Of a DNA stretch of 32,000 bases, positions 1-8,273 are shown one piece after another. Made by a program: the position numbers and the translations under genes. The notes beneath the pieces were generated by a model. The model ran no database searches. It was not told the DNA's origin and worked only from the letters and a program-made list of their open reading frames with translations. The stretch comes from an uncultured Clostridiaceae bacterium (GTDB lineage Bacteria; Bacillota; Clostridia; DUPQ01), in NCBI GenBank assembly GCA_964563155.1, contig CAZLVL010000001.1, positions 46,121-78,120 on the forward strand, read 5' to 3'. Numbering within the stretch: the first letter of the stretch is position 1; each line of letters opens with the position of its first letter.

Positions 1-999
1 AAAGGTTCTTTTTTCAGTTTCTGCTAAAGCTTCTTTGTAGGCAAACTTATTCATTTTATCAGCTTGCTCTTCTGTTATAAAGGCTTTTTCTATTAGGAAT
101 TTTTTAAACTTGCCTAAAAACTCACTGTGCATATCAATCTTAGGATAAAGACTAGATTTCTTTTCAAACTCCTTTATATCCTCTGTAAGATCTAGGTTTT
201 CATCAACCAGCATCTTAATGCTTTTTACAATGTTTTCCCTATAGGTTCTTCTAAAGGTTTTTGCAACTCCGTCTGCTAAGTAGTAGTCAAAAGCCGGGAT
301 ACTTTGTCCGCCGTGTTGATCATTTTGATTACTCTGAATAGCAATGGCTGCTAAAGCTGCATATGACCCTATATCTTGAGGCTCTCTAAGGTGACCATGA
401 CCGGTGGAAAAACCCTTGGCAAAAAGTCTGGACAAATCTATTTGACAACAGGTGAGAGTTCCCATGTTATAAAAGTCCATATCGTGAATATGGATTTCTC
501 CTGATTCATGCAACTTTGTATGTTTAGGATTTAAAAGATTGGTTTTACAAAACTCCTTAGACACAGTAGACCCATATTGCAACATGGTTCCCATGGCAGT
601 ATTTCCATCTATATTTGCATTTTCTCTTTTTAAGTTACTATCATCAGCTTCATGAAATGTAATCTCCTCAATTGATTTCATAAGCCTTGTTTTCATGGAG
701 CGGGCCTTGCTTCTTTCTTCTCTGTAAAGTATGTACTTTTCAGAAGTTTTTGCATGTCCTTGCTCAATTAGCACCTTAACCACTGCATCTTGCACATCTT
801 CCACTGTTGGAGTTGTGTTTATATACCTTCTGTTTAGAAGTTGTATAACGTGATCTGTTAATTCTTCTGCTATAGTAAAATCAGCTTTACTATTCTCCTC
901 TTTAGCAACAGCTTCAGCCGCTAAAAAAATTGCTCTTGTTATTCTAAGGGGTGAAAAACTTTCTTGGCGCCCATCGCGTTTAGTAATTGTGGTAATCAT
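1..999 (-). CDS. nrdD: anaerobic ribonucleoside-triphosphate reductase (class III RNR), N-terminal 333 codons; the 3' part lies beyond the window start
   Basis: My own minus-strand translation from the ATG at 999-997 gives MITTITKRDGRQESFSPLRITRAIF (ATP-cone). Further on come HESGEIHIHDMDFYNMGTLTCCQIDL and QHGGQSIPAFDYYLA, both typical of NrdD. A GGGAGAG Shine-Dalgarno sits just upstream. It is absent from the ORF track because it runs off the edge. Confidence 0.85.
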   Translation of the reverse strand, partial: MITTITKRDGRQESFSPLRITRAIFLAAEAVAKEENSKADFTIAEELTDHVIQLLNRRYINTTPTVEDVQDAVVKVLIEQGHAKTSEKYILYREERSKARSMKTRLMKSIEEITFHEADDSNLKRENANIDGNTAMGTMLQYGSTVSKEFCKTNLLNPKHTKLHESGEIHIHDMDFYNMGTLTCCQIDLSRLFAKGFSTGHGHLREPQDIGSYAALAAIAIQSNQNDQHGGQSIPAFDYYLADGVAKTFRRTYRENIVKSIKMLVDENLDLTEDIKEFEKKSSLYPKIDMHSEFLGKFKKFLIEKAFITEEQADKMNKFAYKEALAETEKRTF

Positions 1000-1006
1000 A
1001 TAACTC

Positions 1007-1054
1007 TCCCTATATATTGTGTTTAAAAAGATAGGTTAACACAACCTATAGTAT
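1007..1054 (-). promoter_or_regulatory. two NrdR-box-like 16-mers (1007-1022 and 1039-1054), starts 32 bp apart, in the nrdD promoter/leader
   Basis: Read on the minus strand, box A is ACACAATATATAGGGA. Read on the plus strand, box B is ACACAACCTATAGTAT. Each matches about 13/16 of the remembered NrdR consensus acaCwAtATaTwGtgt. Spacing of about three helical turns is the usual tandem arrangement. Confidence 0.5.
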
Positions 1055-1056
1055 GT

Positions 1057-1085
1057 AGTATAAGCAGGTCTTATTTTATTTGCAA
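1057..1085 (-). promoter_or_regulatory. sigma-A-type promoter for nrdD (TTGCAA -17 nt- TATACT)
   Basis: On the minus strand TTGCAA lies at 1085-1080 and TATACT at 1062-1057 with a 17-nt spacer. Box B starts immediately downstream of the -10. Confidence 0.45.
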
Positions 1086-1139
1086 TAGATATTTGAAAAG
1101 TTTTTTAATAAATTATGTTTTTTTGAAAATTTGTAAACA

Positions 1140-1982
1140 TTACTTTTTATTTAATTGAATAAAGGCCTTTGCTAGATTCTTAAAATCCTCTACACTAAGC
1201 TGTTGTGCTCTTGCATCCGGTCTAATTTTAAGCTCTTCTAAGAGTTTTTCCACATCCTCTCTTTGTACATGAGGATATATGGAAGCAGATAGGCAATTGG
1301 ATAGTTTTTTTCTTTTGTTGGCAAATCCAGTTTTCACAATAGCAAATAGCAGGCTTTCTACTTCTGCATCCAAAAGATCTTTTCTTTTAACAAATTTCAC
1401 AACACTGCTAGTAACCTGGGGTGATGGAATAAAGTCATGAGAAGAAACATCTAGCACATGGGATAAGTCATATTTATATCTGGCTAGGGTGGTTAAGATG
1501 CCTCCAGCTTGATCTGTTTTGCCTCTTAAAAGCCTATCAGCCACCTCTTTTTGTGTCATAAAAACCATTAAGTCAGGGGCTTCTTCTAGCTGGATAAATC
1601 TCATAATAATTGGACTGGTTATATAATAGGGAAGATTGGACACTACCTTATTAATCTTTTCTTCCTTTAAAAAATCCTTTAACTTAAACTTTAAAATATC
1701 ACCCTCTATTATGGAGATATTATCAAGTTTGTTTTCTTCAAGCTTTTCTTCTAAATAGGAGACTAATTTCTTGTCCTTTTCTATAGCAAAAACCCGCTTG
1801 CAAGTCTGGTTCATAAAAAAGGTTAAAGACCCTGTACCTGGTCCTACTTCTAGTAGTATATCTTCTTTGTCTAATTCCAAAGCATCTACAATATCCAAAA
1901 CAACCTTTTTATTTATTAAAAAATTTTGTCCTAAATCCTTATTAGCTTCTATATCCTTTGGTAAGGGAATTAGATTGGTCAT
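1140..1982 (-). CDS. rsmA: 16S rRNA (adenine1518/1519-N6)-dimethyltransferase
   Basis: 280 aa with GQNFL, the SAM motif EVGPGTGSLT, and NLPYYITSPI, the KsgA/RsmA family signature. Its start overlaps the tatD stop by 4 nt. Confidence 0.93.
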   Translation of the reverse strand: MTNLIPLPKDIEANKDLGQNFLINKKVVLDIVDALELDKEDILLEVGPGTGSLTFFMNQTCKRVFAIEKDKKLVSYLEEKLEENKLDNISIIEGDILKFKLKDFLKEEKINKVVSNLPYYITSPIIMRFIQLEEAPDLMVFMTQKEVADRLLRGKTDQAGGILTTLARYKYDLSHVLDVSSHDFIPSPQVTSSVVKFVKRKDLLDAEVESLLFAIVKTGFANKRKKLSNCLSASIYPHVQREDVEKLLEELKIRPDARAQQLSVEDFKNLAKAFIQLNKK

Positions 1983-2776
1983 TGGCTTTTCTCCAATTCT
2001 TTTTTAAAGGGCCTAGCTTTTTCAAATAAATTAAAAGAATTTTCCCATATGGCATTTATCAAGGTCTCATAACTTACATTTTTAACCTCTGCCATTTTTC
2101 TACCTATATACTCTAAATTCTTAGGTTCATTTCTTCTTCCCCTAAAAGGTTCAGGGGTTAGATATGGGCTGTCTGTCTCAATTAAAAGTCTATCTAGGGG
2201 AACTGCCTCTAGAGCTTCTATGGTTTTTCTAGCATTTTTAAAGGTTATTACCCCTGCAAAAGAAATATATAAACCTAGATTAACCAAGATTTTTGCACTT
2301 TCTCCACTGCCAGAGTAACAATGCATAACCCCTTTAATCTTGCCCTCAAAACCTTTTAAGGTATCTATGGTATCTTTATGGGCCTCTCTATCATGAACAA
2401 TGATTGGTAGGTCTAAATTAAGAGCTAAATCAATCTGTTGCAAAAAAGCTCTCATTTGACTATCTCTATCAGAAAAGTCGTAATAATAGTCAAGACCAAT
2501 CTCTCCTATGGCTAGGGTCTTGTTATCCCTTGCCAGCTTTTCTAAATCATAGAGATCTTGGTCTTTAAAATCTTTTGCATTGTGAGGATGTACTCCCACT
2601 GCAGAAAAGACTCTAGGATGTTTTTTTGAAAGCTCTATAGCTCCAAAAGAAGATGTCATGTCATCTGAAACATTGAGAAGGGCAGAAACACCCTTCTCAT
2701 AAGCTCTTTTTAAAACTTCATCCCTATCTTCATCATATTTATGGGACAAAATATGTGCATGACTTTCAAATATCAT
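1979..2776 (-). CDS. tatD: TatD-family metal-dependent hydrolase/DNase
   Basis: 265 aa with ESHAHI, GEIGLDYYY, VHDREAH, HCYSGS and ETDSPYL, the TatD metal-ligand motifs. Confidence 0.9.
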   Translation of the reverse strand: MIFESHAHILSHKYDEDRDEVLKRAYEKGVSALLNVSDDMTSSFGAIELSKKHPRVFSAVGVHPHNAKDFKDQDLYDLEKLARDNKTLAIGEIGLDYYYDFSDRDSQMRAFLQQIDLALNLDLPIIVHDREAHKDTIDTLKGFEGKIKGVMHCYSGSGESAKILVNLGLYISFAGVITFKNARKTIEALEAVPLDRLLIETDSPYLTPEPFRGRRNEPKNLEYIGRKMAEVKNVSYETLINAIWENSFNLFEKARPFKKELEKSQ

Positions 2777-2777
2777 C

Positions 2778-3710
2778 TTACTTCTTTCTTGCTAAAACCG
2801 CCTTAGCTTTTTTAACTATGTTTTCAGGGGTTAGTCCATACATTTGCAAAAGATCAGCTGGCTTACCAGACTTACCAAACTTATCTTCCACTCCCACTCT
2901 TTCTAAAGGAGCAGGATAATTTTCTGAAAGCACTTCACTAACAGCAGAACCTAAACCACCAATAATATTGTGTTCTTCTGCTGTAACCAAGGCTCCAGTT
3001 TCTTTAGCTGCCTTTATTAAAATATCCTTATCAATAGGTTTTAGGGTGTGGATATTAATAACTCTTGCAGATATACCCTCTTTTGCTAAAAGGTCTTTTG
3101 CATCTAGGGCAGACTTTACCATTAAACCTGTGGCTACTATGGTTAAATCCTTACCATCTGCTAATTCAACTCCCTTACCTATTTCAAATTTATAGTCTTC
3201 TTTATTTACATTATCTACAGGTAGTCTACCCAATCTTAAATAAACAGGACCCTTGTAATCAATAATGGCTTTTACAGCTTGTCTTGTTTCATTGGCATCA
3301 ACTGGTTGAATAACAATAAGATTAGGAATTGCTCTCATAACCGCTAAATCTTCAATAGCTTGGTGGGTGGCTCCATCTTCTCCTACAGAAATACCTGCAT
3401 GAGTTGCAGCAATTTTCACATTAAGTGCTGGGTAACAAACTGAATTTCTAATTTGCTCTGCAGCCCTTATTGCTGCAAAGATAGCAAAGGATGAAGCAAA
3501 TACTGTTTTACCACAGGTAGCCATTCCCGCTGCAGAAGAAATCATATTAGCTTCTGCTATTCCTGTATTAAAAAATCTTTCAGGATAAGCATCTTTAAAA
3601 AACTTGGTCATTGTAGAACCAGAAAGGTCTGCATCTACCACTACTATATTTTTGTCACTACCGAATTCTGCTAAAGCTTCTCCGTAAGCTAATCTTGTCG
3701 CTTTTTTCAT
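2778..3710 (-). CDS. tkt: transketolase, C-terminal (pyrimidine-binding) subunit of a split enzyme
   Basis: 310 aa with FNTGIAEANM and ATHAGISVGEDGATHQ. It lies directly downstream of the N-terminal subunit with a 1-nt gap. Confidence 0.93.
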   Translation of the reverse strand: MKKATRLAYGEALAEFGSDKNIVVVDADLSGSTMTKFFKDAYPERFFNTGIAEANMISSAAGMATCGKTVFASSFAIFAAIRAAEQIRNSVCYPALNVKIAATHAGISVGEDGATHQAIEDLAVMRAIPNLIVIQPVDANETRQAVKAIIDYKGPVYLRLGRLPVDNVNKEDYKFEIGKGVELADGKDLTIVATGLMVKSALDAKDLLAKEGISARVINIHTLKPIDKDILIKAAKETGALVTAEEHNIIGGLGSAVSEVLSENYPAPLERVGVEDKFGKSGKPADLLQMYGLTPENIVKKAKAVLARKK

Positions 3711-3711
3711 C

Positions 3712-4554
3712 TTACACCTCCAAGCCTTTTATATATGCTTCGATTTCAGCTATGGCCTTATCTCTAAGAGCCTGGTCTGGAGCTTTTCCATGCCAGCCAT
3801 ATTCATTTTCCATATAGGAAACTCCCTTACCCTTAATGGTTTCTGCCACTATCATGGTAGGCTTTCCCTTTATGGTTTTTGCTTTTTCTATAGCTTTATC
3901 TACTTCTTCTAAATCATGTCCATCCACTTGAATAACTTCCCAACCAAAGGCTTTGAACTTATCTACAACAGGCTCTGGTGACATAATGTCTTTTATATCT
4001 CCATCAATTTGCAGACCATTGTGGTCTAAAAAGGCGGTTAAATTGTCTAATTTATAGTGGGCTGCATACATCATGGCTTCCCAAACCTGACCTTCTTGAA
4101 TTTCACCATCACCTAAAATGGAATAAACCCTATAATCCTTCTTATCTAGTTTACCCATTTGAGCTATTCCACAGGCTGCACAAATTCCTTGTCCTAAAGA
4201 CCCTGTTGTCATATCTACCCCTGGAACATCCTTTAAGGAAGGATGGCCTTCAAGGTAACTATCCGCTTGTCTAAATGTAGTTAAGTCTTCTTTGGGGAAA
4301 AATCCCTTTTCTGCCAATACCGCATACAAGACTGGAGTGGCATGTCCTTTGGACATAACAAATCTGTCTCTATCTGGATTTTTAGGATTCTTAGGATCCA
4401 CATTCATATGTTTGTAATACAAGAGAGTCATAATATCCGCACAGGATAAAGATCCGCCAGGATGTCCACTTCCGGCTGAAAAAACAGCTTCAATAATGCT
4501 TTTTCTAATTTCAGCAGCTGTTCTTTTTAATGATAGTAATTCTTTTTGATTCAT
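3712..4554 (-). CDS. tkt: transketolase, N-terminal (TPP-binding) subunit
   Basis: 280 aa with SGHPGGSLS, SKGHATP and ILGDGEIQEGQVWEA, the TPP-binding motif. Confidence 0.93.
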   Translation of the reverse strand: MNQKELLSLKRTAAEIRKSIIEAVFSAGSGHPGGSLSCADIMTLLYYKHMNVDPKNPKNPDRDRFVMSKGHATPVLYAVLAEKGFFPKEDLTTFRQADSYLEGHPSLKDVPGVDMTTGSLGQGICAACGIAQMGKLDKKDYRVYSILGDGEIQEGQVWEAMMYAAHYKLDNLTAFLDHNGLQIDGDIKDIMSPEPVVDKFKAFGWEVIQVDGHDLEEVDKAIEKAKTIKGKPTMIVAETIKGKGVSYMENEYGWHGKAPDQALRDKAIAEIEAYIKGLEV

Positions 4555-4605
4555 TAAAGGCTCCTTTTTTCAACATTGATACTTATAGATAAAATAATCT
4601 AAATA

Positions 4606-4633
4606 ATTATATCATCTCACAGGTCTTTGTCAA
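4606..4633 (-). promoter_or_regulatory. near-consensus sigma-A promoter for the tkt-tatD-rsmA operon, overlapping the 3' end of the YitT gene
   Basis: On the minus strand TTGACA lies at 4633-4628, followed by a 16-nt spacer and an extended -10 TGATATAAT at 4614-4606. Confidence 0.55.
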
Positions 4634-5525
4634 AGGCTCCAAAGCCCTCTCCTAAGACTTGGTGAGCTGTAGTTATAATCATAAAAGCTTTATCATCTTT
4701 TTCTTTTACCAGTTTTTTAAGAGCTGGTAATTGCCTATTTTTTACTACACAAAAGAGGGTTTCTCTATCTTTTTTAAGGTACATTCCCCTACCATAAAAA
4801 CCAGTTACTCCTCTTCCTAGTTTTTCTATAATCAAATCTGCCATTTCTTCACTTTTTTCGGTCATGATGTATACTGCTTTTGCAAAGTTAACTCCGTCTA
4901 AGATAAAGTCAATAACCTTCATAGAAACAAATATGGCAAAGATTGAATACATGACTAGAAGGAAGTTCCTAAACACAATTAAGGACATTACCACAGATAT
5001 GATGTCAAACATAAACATTAAGGTTCCCATACTCAAGTGTATGCCTTTTTTTCTTAATATTTCAGCAAATAAGTCTGAACCTCCAGTACAGGAGTTTCTT
5101 GTAAAAACTAAACCTAATCCTAAACCCATAAGTGCTCCACCAAAAAGACAAAAGAGTAAAAGATCAGGTATTGCATTACTTTCTATGTGAATGTGTTCTG
5201 CAATCTTGTTTAACCAAGAAGCAGTTAAGTCAATTGCAATAGTATAGCCTAAGGTGGCAAAAAGAGTTCTTATCATGAATCTCTTCCCTATAACTTTTAT
5301 CCCAGCTATAAAAAGTGGAAGGTTTAAAAGAATAATCAAAACCCCTAAGGGCACTTTTTCCTTGAAGATATAAAAAAGAACTGTGGCAATACCAGACACT
5401 CCTCCTGAGTGAATTTTAAAGGGAACTAAAAACACATTTACAGCTATTGCTGATATAAATACCCCAAAGGTCATTACTAGATAGTCAAAAATCTTAGTCC
5501 ATATGTCTGGTGCCTTAGTTTTCAT
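4617..5525 (-). CDS. YitT-family membrane protein (DUF2179 C-terminal domain)
   Basis: 302 aa with a multi-TM N-terminus containing SGGVSGIA and TGGSD motifs, and a soluble C-terminus with GVTGFYGRGMY, as in the YitT/YpjC family. It overlaps the upstream gene by 4 nt (ATGA). Confidence 0.8.
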   Translation of the reverse strand: MKTKAPDIWTKIFDYLVMTFGVFISAIAVNVFLVPFKIHSGGVSGIATVLFYIFKEKVPLGVLIILLNLPLFIAGIKVIGKRFMIRTLFATLGYTIAIDLTASWLNKIAEHIHIESNAIPDLLLFCLFGGALMGLGLGLVFTRNSCTGGSDLFAEILRKKGIHLSMGTLMFMFDIISVVMSLIVFRNFLLVMYSIFAIFVSMKVIDFILDGVNFAKAVYIMTEKSEEMADLIIEKLGRGVTGFYGRGMYLKKDRETLFCVVKNRQLPALKKLVKEKDDKAFMIITTAHQVLGEGFGAFDKDL

Positions 5526-6349
5526 CTTGCATATTCACCTGCCTTTTTTAATACTTCTTCTTTATTTACATAGGTCATACTAGTGTGTTCATATTGAGCT
5601 GCTTTAAAATAGAGATTCTTAGCCAATTCAATTTGACCGTCCTCTTCATATACTTTTGCACAATAGTAATAAGCATCTTGAGAAAAAGGTCTCATCTTCT
5701 TTTTCCCTTTTATTAACTTATCTGCTGCAGATAAGGCTTTCTCCTTATCCTTATTTATACTGTGAATTATGAGCAAATTCTCAACAGCTACTGGATTAGA
5801 ATTTAAATACTCATATCCTTTAATGGCTGCTTGTTTGGCTTTTTCCATATTCCCTGAAAATATACAGAGCTTGGCATATATATTATAGTACCACTGGTTT
5901 CTCATGGTCTCTTGCACCCCTTCTACTTGAGAAAGAGCACCAAAGAGGTTTCTGCTTTTTTTCCACATTATGACAGCCTTGCATAATATTATTGAGGTAG
6001 TAGTCCTATCTGTTAGCTTCATACTTTCTAGATCCCTTATAACCTCTTCAGCTTGGTCATATTCAGATAGGAGTATAAGAAGGTAAGCATAAGAGGCTAC
6101 AACAGGACCCTCTTTTACCTTAGCCTTGTAGGCTTTAGCATAATATCTTTTTGCCTTCTCTAGATTTCCTTTTGCATAGTTCTTGATTGCAATATAGGAG
6201 TATATTTTGGATAAATCTGCTATTACTCTATATATAAAATATGCTATACCTAATACTAGAGCTTCCAGGGTAGAATCAAATATTATCAAACCGATAATAA
6301 ATATGGGAACTAGCCAATTAATTGCCTTAAAAACCGCTTTATTTTTCAT
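5522..6349 (-). CDS. membrane-anchored TPR-like repeat protein, function unknown
   Basis: The N-terminus has two hydrophobic helices (AINWLVPIFIIGLIIF and ALVLGIAYFIY). These are followed by repeated A/Y/K-rich helical-hairpin motifs such as GNLEKAKRYYAKAYKA, GNMEKAKQAAIKGYEY and GQIELAKNLYFKAAQY. I prefer the ATG at 6349 over the TTG at 6370 used by the ORF track. Confidence 0.55.
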   Translation of the reverse strand: MKNKAVFKAINWLVPIFIIGLIIFDSTLEALVLGIAYFIYRVIADLSKIYSYIAIKNYAKGNLEKAKRYYAKAYKAKVKEGPVVASYAYLLILLSEYDQAEEVIRDLESMKLTDRTTTSIILCKAVIMWKKSRNLFGALSQVEGVQETMRNQWYYNIYAKLCIFSGNMEKAKQAAIKGYEYLNSNPVAVENLLIIHSINKDKEKALSAADKLIKGKKKMRPFSQDAYYYCAKVYEEDGQIELAKNLYFKAAQYEHTSMTYVNKEEVLKKAGEYAR

Positions 6350-6369
6350 ACTTATACTTCCGCCCTTCA

Positions 6370-6399
6370 ATTATACAACTAACATTATCTCTTATTCAA
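6370..6399 (-). promoter_or_regulatory. possible promoter for the TPR-YitT pair (TTGAAT -18 nt- TATAAT)
   Basis: On the minus strand TTGAAT lies at 6399-6394 and TATAAT at 6375-6370. Its position argues against the TTG start at 6370. Confidence 0.35.
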
Positions 6400-6443
6400 T
6401 AAGGAGTGACAAGACGTTTTATTGGACAGTAAAAAACTTACTA

Positions 6444-6472
6444 TTGAAACATATGTTCTTTTATTGTATACT
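6444..6472 (+). promoter_or_regulatory. orphan sigma-A-type promoter (TTGAAA -17 nt- TATACT)
   Basis: TTGAAA lies at 6444-6449 and TATACT at 6467-6472 with a 17-nt spacer. No ORF follows before the terminator at about 6518-6548. Confidence 0.4.
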
Positions 6473-6478
6473 AACCTT

Positions 6479-6546
6479 AGTTCTTGACTCTTTTGTGTCA
6501 ATAAAAAACTTTAGCAAGAAAAATCCGCTCCTTCGGATTTTTTCTT
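6479..6546 (+). ncRNA. candidate small RNA of about 65-70 nt, bounded by the orphan promoter and terminator
   Basis: The promoter ends at 6472 and the hairpin-plus-T-tract ends near 6546. There is no ATG or SD in between. Prediction only. Confidence 0.25.
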
Positions 6547-6548
6547 TA
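6518..6548. terminator. bidirectional intrinsic-terminator-like hairpin between divergent genes
   Basis: GAAAAATCCG (6518-6527), loop CTCCTT, then CGGATTTTTTC. An A-tract lies upstream and a T-tract downstream, so it reads as a terminator on both strands. The stem has only 3 GC pairs. Confidence 0.4.
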
Positions 6549-6685
6549 TCCACTTTTTTATATAAAAAACACCTATCTATAAATATTTATACTTCTTTTT
6601 CCCAGTCCTTAATAACATCTTGTACTGATTGTATTTTTAAAAAAATACTGTATGATATATACAGCAAGCATAAAGGGTGTAATTT

Positions 6686-7927
6686 ATGAAATCATTAAGA
6701 GAATTATACAAAATAGGAAGAGGCCCCTCAAGCTCCCACACTATGGGACCGGACATTGCAGCAACAAGGTTTTCCACAGCTCATCCTGATGCAGATTCCT
6801 TCCATGTGGTCCTCTATGGTTCTTTAGCAAAAACAGGCGTTGGTCATCTTACAGACAGAGCAATAAAAGAAGCCTTTTATCCCAAACCAGTTCAAATTAT
6901 ATTAGATTACGAAACAACAGACATTCCCCATCCTAACACAATGGATTTTTCTGCATTGAAAAACAATACAGTTATAGACAAGTGGAGAATCTTAAGTGTA
7001 GGTGGAGGAAGTATTCAAATTGAAGGAAGACCTTGTATGGACTCTCCTGATGTTTATAAAGAAAAGAACTTCAATGAAATAATGGACTATTGTAAAGAGC
7101 GTAATATGCACCTTTATGATTATGTCTTAGAAGCAGAAGGTCCAGAAATATATGAGTTTTTAGACACCGTATGGCATCATATGAAAAAGAGTATTTCCGA
7201 AGGCCTAAAAGCAGACGGTATACTTGAAGGTGGTATACATCTAGCAAGAAAGGCCAAATATCTTTTTAACCAAAGACATATGGATGAAAGTGCTTCAACC
7301 AAGGAAAACAGAATAGTTTGCTCTTATGCCTATGCAGTATCAGAGCAAAATGCCTCAGGGGGCACCGTTGTAACAGCACCTACTTGCGGAGCTAGTGGTG
7401 TATTACCTGCTGTTTTAAAGTATATGCAAGAAAAAAATGGATATTCAGACCATGAAATGATTAGAGCTTTAGCAACCGCTGGAGTTATTGGCAATGTTAT
7501 TAAAACCAATGCATCTATATCAGGAGCTGAATGTGGTTGCCAAGCAGAAATTGGAACAGCCTGTTCTATGGCTTCTGCAGCCTTAGCTGAACTCTTTGAT
7601 ATGGACCTAGACCAAGTAGAATATGCAGCTGAAGTGGCCATGGAGCATCACTTAGGCTTAACTTGTGATCCTGTTCTAGGACTGGTTCAAATACCCTGTA
7701 TTGAAAGAAATGCTGTAGCTGCCATGAGAGCGATTAACTCAGTAAGTTTGGCTAACTTCTTAACTCATACAAGAAAAATTTCCTTTGATATGGTTGTAGA
7801 GACCATGTATGAAACAGGAAAAGACCTCTTTAGCAAATACAAGGAAACCTCAGAAGGAGGACTTGCTATTAAGTATTTGAAAATGGCAAAAGCTACTACT
7901 CCTCCAGATGAAGAAGAGGCCCTTTAG
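6686..7927 (+). CDS. sdaA: L-serine ammonia-lyase (iron-sulfur dependent, single-chain)
   Basis: 413 aa with the N-terminal motif GRGPSSSHTMGP, then APTCGASGVLPAV and SGAECGCQAEIGTACSMASAA, the Fe-S ligand regions typical of L-serine dehydratase. Confidence 0.88.
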   Translation: MKSLRELYKIGRGPSSSHTMGPDIAATRFSTAHPDADSFHVVLYGSLAKTGVGHLTDRAIKEAFYPKPVQIILDYETTDIPHPNTMDFSALKNNTVIDKWRILSVGGGSIQIEGRPCMDSPDVYKEKNFNEIMDYCKERNMHLYDYVLEAEGPEIYEFLDTVWHHMKKSISEGLKADGILEGGIHLARKAKYLFNQRHMDESASTKENRIVCSYAYAVSEQNASGGTVVTAPTCGASGVLPAVLKYMQEKNGYSDHEMIRALATAGVIGNVIKTNASISGAECGCQAEIGTACSMASAALAELFDMDLDQVEYAAEVAMEHHLGLTCDPVLGLVQIPCIERNAVAAMRAINSVSLANFLTHTRKISFDMVVETMYETGKDLFSKYKETSEGGLAIKYLKMAKATTPPDEEEAL

Positions 7928-7956
7928 AGATTTTCTCAAAAAACAAATTATTTATG

Positions 7957-7985
7957 TTGACAAGTTATACACCTTTTAGTATACT
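7957..7985 (+). promoter_or_regulatory. consensus-like promoter for the tRNA pair (TTGACA -17 nt- TATACT)
   Basis: TTGACA lies at 7957-7962 and TATACT at 7980-7985, about 27 nt upstream of tRNA-Val. Confidence 0.6.
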
Positions 7986-8011
7986 TCAAAATGCTGTTAC
8001 ACCAACCGTAT

Positions 8012-8087
8012 GGGAGCATAGCTCAGCTGGGAGAGCATCTGCCTTACAAGCAGGAGGTCATAGGTTCGAGCCCTATTGCTCCCACCA
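8012..8087 (+). tRNA. tRNA-Val (anticodon UAC), CCA encoded
   Basis: Hand-folded cloverleaf: acceptor GGGAGCA/TGCTCCC, D-arm GCTC-AGCTGGGA-GAGC, anticodon arm TCTGC-CTTACAA-GCAGG, T-arm ATAGG-TTCGAGC-CCTAT, discriminator A, then CCA. Confidence 0.93.
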
Positions 8088-8091
8088 CGAT

Positions 8092-8167
8092 GCTGGTGTA
8101 GCTCAGCTGGTAGAGCAGCTGATTTGTAATCAGCAGGTCAGGGGTTCAAATCCGTTCACCAGCTCCA
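8092..8167 (+). tRNA. tRNA-Thr (anticodon UGU), CCA encoded
   Basis: Acceptor GCTGGTG/CACCAGC, D-arm GCTC-AGCTGGTA-GAGC, anticodon arm GCTGA-TTTGTAA-TCAGC, T-arm AGGGG-TTCAAAT-CCGTT (one G-G mismatch), discriminator T, then CCA. Confidence 0.88.
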
Positions 8168-8169
8168 CA

Positions 8170-8194
8170 AACTCTCGTAAGAGAGTTTTTTTTA
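8170..8194 (+). terminator. intrinsic terminator after the tRNA pair
   Basis: AACTCTC, loop GTAA, GAGAGTT, followed by a run of T. Confidence 0.75.
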
Positions 8195-8273
8195 TTCCTT
8201 ATTACTTTTTCAACTTGAATAAAATATAATTAATCCAATAAATAAACAAAATGATATGTTAAGAAAGATAAAT

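Noticed and set aside
6207-6689. 160-aa plus-strand ORF spanning the TPR gene start and the sdaA upstream region
   Set aside because: It is low-complexity and AT-driven, has no SD, is antisense to a better gene, and crosses promoter and terminator signals. It is spurious.
8092-8167. tRNA-Thr as a pseudo-tRNA because of a G-G mismatch in the T-stem (position 51:63)
   Set aside because: All other arms, the T-loop, the discriminator and the CCA are intact. The gene is co-transcribed with tRNA-Val from a strong promoter, and a single mismatch is tolerated in many tRNAs.
7954-8229. 91-aa ORF from the track
   Set aside because: It is read straight through tRNA-Val and tRNA-Thr, so it is an artefact of the tRNA sequences.
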